Part shown: positions 59,614-64,000 of the stretch, in pieces
Layout of the letters: each line of letters starts with the position of its first letter
How positions within the stretch are numbered: the first letter of the stretch is position 1
Assembly (NCBI GenBank): GCA_043821645.1
Contig: JBDRCO010000049.1
Span: forward strand, 1 to 64,000
Source of the DNA: Pseudomonadota bacterium
GTDB lineage: Bacteria; Myxococcota; JACRCW01; JAFGSX01
Direction of reading: 5' to 3'
DNA: 64,000 nt
Notes under the pieces: generated by a model
The model's input: the letters and a program-made list of their open reading frames with translations, nothing else
Told to the model about the DNA's origin: nothing
Databases searched by the model: none
Position numbers and translations under genes: made by a program

Positions 59614-60906
59614 TCAGATCACGGTACCCGCCGGGATCACGGTGTTGCCCGGGATCACCGTGATGCCGTCCCGGACGCAGAAGAGATCGCCATCGACATT
59701 GGCGCCATCAGGCTGGCGCCGGATGACCACGCCGTCGCCCAGGTGCACGTTCTTGTCCAGGATGACGCGCTCGAGCCGGCAATCGGGGCCAATGCCCAGG
59801 GGGACCATGTCGTCGTGCGCCACCACGATGTCCTCGGCCAGCTGGTCGCCCTCGTAAAAATCCGCGCCCAGCATGACCACCTCGCGCAGGTGCGAGCCCG
59901 GCCGGATCACGCTGCGCACGCCGATGACCGAGTCCGCGATCTCGGCGCCGTGGATGTCGGAGCCCTCGGCCAGCAGGCTGTCGACGATGGTCGAGCCCAC
60001 CACGCGGCACGGTGCCAACGAGCGGGCATGGGTGAAGAATGGCCAGCCCGGCTGATACAGACTGAAGGGCGCCTCGGGCTGGGCCAGGGAGATGTTGGCG
60101 TCGAAGAAGTCGCGGATGGAACCGATGTCGCGCCAGTAGCCCGCGAACAGGTAGGCGTTGACGTTGAAGCGGCCCAGGGCCGAAGGGATGACCTCGCGTC
60201 CGAAGTCGATCTGGTTGCTGCTCGAGAGCAGTTCCGTGAGGACCTGGGGGCGGAACACGTAGATGCCCATGCTGGCCAGGAACAGGTCCTCGTGGGTGGC
60301 GTGTCCCGCCGCCCGACACAGGTCCACCGGCGCCTTGCAGGCTGCGATCACGGCATCGTCCTTTGGTTTCTCGACGAAATCGTGCACGCGGCCCTTGTCT
60401 GTGGCGCGCAGGAGCCCCATCTGCGAGGCCGCGGTCCGATTGACCGGACAGGCGGCGAGGGTGATGTCCGCGTTGCTCTCGTCGTGAAACTGCAACAGCC
60501 GCCGGTAGTCCATGCGGTACAGGTGGTCGCCACTCAGGATCAGGGTCGCATTGCTCTTGAAGTAGTGGATGTGGGGCAAGGTGCCGCGCACCGCGTCGGC
60601 CGTTCCTTGGTACCAGTTGCTTCGCTGGTTGGTCTGGGCCGCGGCCAGGATGTCGATGAAGCCGTCGGAGAAGTGGTCAAAGGCATAGGTCTGCATGATG
60701 TGGCGGTGCAGGCTCACCGACGAGAACTGGGTGACCACGAACATCTTCTTGATGCCCGAATGGATGCAGTTGGACAGCGGCACGTCGATCAGACGGTACT
60801 TGCCTGCGAGGGCCACTGCGGGTTTGGCGCGATCGCGTGTCAGGGGGCGCAGACGCGTGCCCTGGCCGCCGCCGAGGATCACTGCACAGACCTTGTTCAT
60901 CTCCAT
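59614..60906 (-). CDS. glgC: Glucose-1-phosphate adenylyltransferase
   Basis: ILGGGQGTRL, RAKPAV, WYQGTADAV, SGDHLYRMDY, FVEKP, ASMGIYVF, DFG. Confidence 0.97.
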   Translation of the reverse strand: MEMNKVCAVILGGGQGTRLRPLTRDRAKPAVALAGKYRLIDVPLSNCIHSGIKKMFVVTQFSSVSLHRHIMQTYAFDHFSDGFIDILAAAQTNQRSNWYQGTADAVRGTLPHIHYFKSNATLILSGDHLYRMDYRRLLQFHDESNADITLAACPVNRTAASQMGLLRATDKGRVHDFVEKPKDDAVIAACKAPVDLCRAAGHATHEDLFLASMGIYVFRPQVLTELLSSSNQIDFGREVIPSALGRFNVNAYLFAGYWRDIGSIRDFFDANISLAQPEAPFSLYQPGWPFFTHARSLAPCRVVGSTIVDSLLAEGSDIHGAEIADSVIGVRSVIRPGSHLREVVMLGADFYEGDQLAEDIVVAHDDMVPLGIGPDCRLERVILDKNVHLGDGVVIRRQPDGANVDGDLFCVRDGITVIPGNTVIPAGTVI

Positions 60907-60968
60907 GCGCTGCGACTCTCCAGGGCGCTGGCGGCTGTCAAATTCGCTTTGGGCCGTCTCGCGCCCGC

Positions 60969-63900
60969 TCAGGGTACCTCGTCGCATCCGAGGGAGAAAG
61001 GTGCGCTACGAGCCTGGTCGTCGATGTCCTGGAGATCGGCGAGGGCAAAAGGCCACCAGGCATCCACGGAAGGGATCCCGTTTGCATAGGTCGAATTGTC
61101 GTCGATATGCATGTGTGGACTGTCGATGAAGGACGGATCCCCGGTGCCCGTCGGCGCATAGCCGGGCAGAAGGGCGACGCCGGTCTCTTTGACGTCGAAA
61201 GTGCTGCAGGCGTTCCCTTCCTCCCGGGCATCCAGCACGTGGGTGCGCAGGCTCCAGGTGCCCTGGTTGGGTAGCCACAATGCGTTGTCCGTGGCGCTGG
61301 TCGGTTCCACCGCGAAGTTCTCGGCGCAGGTCTCCCAGAAGCCGTAGCGCCTGTCTCCCAGGCTCACCTCGACGATGTTGGCATGAAAGACTCCCACGTC
61401 TTGCCTCGACAGACTGCTGCCATCCTTCGAGCGTTGCAGCTCGACACCCATCACCTGGGTACTACCAGTGGAGCCTCCACCGACGATGGTGTTGAAGAGG
61501 TAGCGCACGCCTTCTCCGACGGGGCCCTGGGCCTGCACGCCGCTGCATGCGTCTGCGGTTCCGCCGTGTATCCAGTTGCTGACGATGTAGGTCGCCGAGG
61601 TCGGGGTGCCCGTGGCGAAGTGTCCAGTTCCGGTCACGTGCAGACCCACCGAGCTGCTGCCAGCGACACCGGAACCAGCCTGGATCTGGTTGCGTTCGAT
61701 GCGGCAGCCGGTGCAGGGCCCATCCAGCCACAGGCCCGAGCTGGTGCCGGTGGCGCTGGAGGTGGTCCCGGCGACCATGGCGCTATCCCGGATCGCGCAG
61801 GTCCGGCAGGCCGGTAACCACGCCGCTTCGCTGTTCTCCTTGCCGCCGGAGGAGCTCACCACGCAGTTCTCCATCAGCAAGGCCTCGGCTCCGGCGCTGC
61901 TCTCGAGCCACAATCCACGCCCTTCGCGTGCGGCGTCGCCACTGGAGATGTTCACGCTGCGGAGAGACAGCGTGTGAATCTCCGCTGCGCTGTTCACGTG
62001 CAGCCCCGTGCTGGTGGTCGCCGTGCTCGTGGCCGCAAGGGCGCCCCCCTCGATGGTGCCGCCGGCGAAGGACGAACCTGGATCGGGATCGATCAGCTCG
62101 GCACCGGCGCTGTGCGGAGATGCACCCGATCGGGCCACGAGGTCGGTGGACGTGACGCGGCCGCCAACCAGGAGCAGGCCCTGGCTCGTCTCATACGCCG
62201 CCCCGCTCTCGGCCGTGGTCCGGGTGAGCGCCAGGGTGGCGTTCTCGACATGAACACCGACGGCCGTGGACATCCGGTTCCCTGATGGGTCCGCAGGGGT
62301 GGTGATCGTACTGTCGAAGATGTTCAGCGCCGGGCAGCCTCCGACGGAGCTGTGATACCACAGGCCCTTGGCTTCGGTGGCGATCGCGGCACTGGCGTTC
62401 AGGAAGGCGATGCTGTGTGCACCGCCTGCGCTCGGGGGCACATCGCACTGCATTCTCACGGCAATGGATCGGGGACCGGCGGTGCCAGACAGGATCTGCA
62501 CCGGGCTCCCGGCGATGCCCGAGATGCCCAGGCGTGCGTTCATGGACAGAAGGCCGTAGCTGGTGCCGGTCGAAGCGGAAGCTGGCCCGGCCTCGATCAG
62601 GGTGCCAGGGCCGATGGTCATGCTGACGTCGGCAGAGGTCGCAAACAGCCCGATGCTCAAATTTGTGGCTGTCCCCAGGTTACGGATCTGGCACTGGGAC
62701 AGGTCCACGACGCCCCCACCCACCTCGAGACCCGTGACGTAGTCTGACGTGCCGTCGAGCGGACCCGCCGAAACCTGGCAGTCGTCCATGGTCAGGCTGA
62801 CGGCGCCCGAGATCATGTGGACACCGGTGCTGACCAGCGTCCCGGTCGCGGTGACCTGGGTGCCGCTCTCGATCACGACGCTGGCACCGGAGTCCAGGAG
62901 CACCCCCGTCGCCGCTCTGGCCAGCGGATCTGCTGGTGCCGAGGTCCGCACCTGCACGTTGATCAGGCCGACGCTGGCCAGATTGACGGCGCTGACTCCC
63001 AGACTGGTCGGGGAACTGGTGCCTAGACCCGGGTGCGCGTAGGCCTCGCCACCTTCGACGACCCCGCCACTCACCTGGACCAAGAAGGCCCGGGTGATGC
63101 CCGTGGCCTCGGGGTCGCTGTCCGCAGCCAGGCCCACGACCGCTCCAGCGTGGCCGCCGCGCAACTCGTTGTCGACGAGCGTGGCACCACTGGAGAGGAC
63201 GGCACCGAAGGCCCCCAGCGCCGCCGCTGCGCCGGTCACGCCGTGGATGGCGTTGCCGGTGAGCAGGGGTGGGTCCGAGTCTGACGTGCCCTCTATCCAG
63301 ACTCCAACGTTGATCCCGGGAGCGTGGCGGTTCGCGTCGCCACCGGCGATGCTCGGGTTGTCGACGATCTGCGGCGCTCCGCCGGCGATGGACAGGCCGA
63401 TGCTGATGTCATCGTGCTGCGATCCGTCACCGCCCTCGCCGCCGAGCAACGTGCAGCCCTCGACCGTGCTACGAGGACCCGCCTGGACCGCGTCGTCCGT
63501 CGCCAGAGCCACAGCCACGACGCTGCGGGCCTGTCCACCGATGGCCTGGCTCGCGATCAGGTGGACGCGTCCTCCACTGACCGCGAGGCCCACTGCCGAC
63601 GTGGTGGCGAGGCCTCCCTCGACCAGGCTGTCCTGCACCCGCAGGTGGTGTGCGCTGCGGCTCGCCGTCGCGAGCAGGCCATAGCTCGCGCTGGTGGCGT
63701 TCGGCGCACCGTTGCCGAGCAGCCCACAGTCCTGGACCGTCGCCGAGCAGTTCGTGCTCAGAACCGCGGCTCGCCAGGCCACAGGAGGGTCCTCCGCGGG
63801 AGGCGCCACACCACGGATGTCACAGCCGCTCACCGTGACCATCCCCGTCACGTGTACTCCGGTGATACCCCCGAAGTGCAGTGGGGTGCGTGTGACGGCG

Positions 63901-64000
63901 GGACTCACCTGCCAGCTCGCCGGGTCGTGGCGACAGAGCAGATCGATATCGCCGGTCACCACGGGCTGCGGCAGGTCGTAGGCCGATCCTGTGGTGGCGA
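60969..64000 (-). CDS. Large Gly/Ser/Ala/Thr-rich right-handed beta-helix protein (5' part outside window)
   Basis: Frame open to window edge; recurring ~30-aa 'I.GG....S.GL.' turns; C-terminal GDPSF...DIDDQAR..SLGCDE (choice-of-anchor-Q-like). Confidence 0.8.
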   Translation of the reverse strand, partial: ATTGSAYDLPQPVVTGDIDLLCRHDPASWQVSPAVTRTPLHFGGITGVHVTGMVTVSGCDIRGVAPPAEDPPVAWRAAVLSTNCSATVQDCGLLGNGAPNATSASYGLLATASRSAHHLRVQDSLVEGGLATTSAVGLAVSGGRVHLIASQAIGGQARSVVAVALATDDAVQAGPRSTVEGCTLLGGEGGDGSQHDDISIGLSIAGGAPQIVDNPSIAGGDANRHAPGINVGVWIEGTSDSDPPLLTGNAIHGVTGAAAALGAFGAVLSSGATLVDNELRGGHAGAVVGLAADSDPEATGITRAFLVQVSGGVVEGGEAYAHPGLGTSSPTSLGVSAVNLASVGLINVQVRTSAPADPLARAATGVLLDSGASVVIESGTQVTATGTLVSTGVHMISGAVSLTMDDCQVSAGPLDGTSDYVTGLEVGGGVVDLSQCQIRNLGTATNLSIGLFATSADVSMTIGPGTLIEAGPASASTGTSYGLLSMNARLGISGIAGSPVQILSGTAGPRSIAVRMQCDVPPSAGGAHSIAFLNASAAIATEAKGLWYHSSVGGCPALNIFDSTITTPADPSGNRMSTAVGVHVENATLALTRTTAESGAAYETSQGLLLVGGRVTSTDLVARSGASPHSAGAELIDPDPGSSFAGGTIEGGALAATSTATTSTGLHVNSAAEIHTLSLRSVNISSGDAAREGRGLWLESSAGAEALLMENCVVSSSGGKENSEAAWLPACRTCAIRDSAMVAGTTSSATGTSSGLWLDGPCTGCRIERNQIQAGSGVAGSSSVGLHVTGTGHFATGTPTSATYIVSNWIHGGTADACSGVQAQGPVGEGVRYLFNTIVGGGSTGSTQVMGVELQRSKDGSSLSRQDVGVFHANIVEVSLGDRRYGFWETCAENFAVEPTSATDNALWLPNQGTWSLRTHVLDAREEGNACSTFDVKETGVALLPGYAPTGTGDPSFIDSPHMHIDDNSTYANGIPSVDAWWPFALADLQDIDDQARSAPFSLGCDEVP

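Overview
GC-rich bacterial chromosomal window. Gene content points to Myxococcota/Deltaproteobacteria (inference): HRDxxPxN Ser/Thr kinase, FHA-sigma54 activator, divergent Hsp70 with a J-protein, and many Cys-rich, Asp/Ala/Gly-rich lipoproteins. Core genes: nth, a nucleoside-salvage operon (pdp-nupC-punA-cdd), mfd, a TamB/Omp85 pair, lgt, etfBA, rpsA-ihfB-lapA-lapB, a CinA-N/COG1058 protein and glgC. I saw no rRNA, tRNA, CRISPR array, transposase, integrase or phage gene. Most notable observations: (1) the salvage operon ends in an amidohydrolase missing most metal/catalytic ligands, followed by a cytoplasmic kinase with a ribbon-helix-helix-like tail, a candidate nucleoside-sensing signalling module; (2) a lipoprotein with three Notch/LNR-like repeats ahead of a putative caspase/gingipain-fold His-Cys domain; (3) an Hsp70 with degenerate ATPase motifs coupled to a pseudo-receiver/J-domain protein; (4) a mosaic 26-35.7 kb region with three gene remnants, including a two-component pair replaced by a DegT-family aminotransferase. 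All family calls are by-eye motif recognition; no database searches were run.
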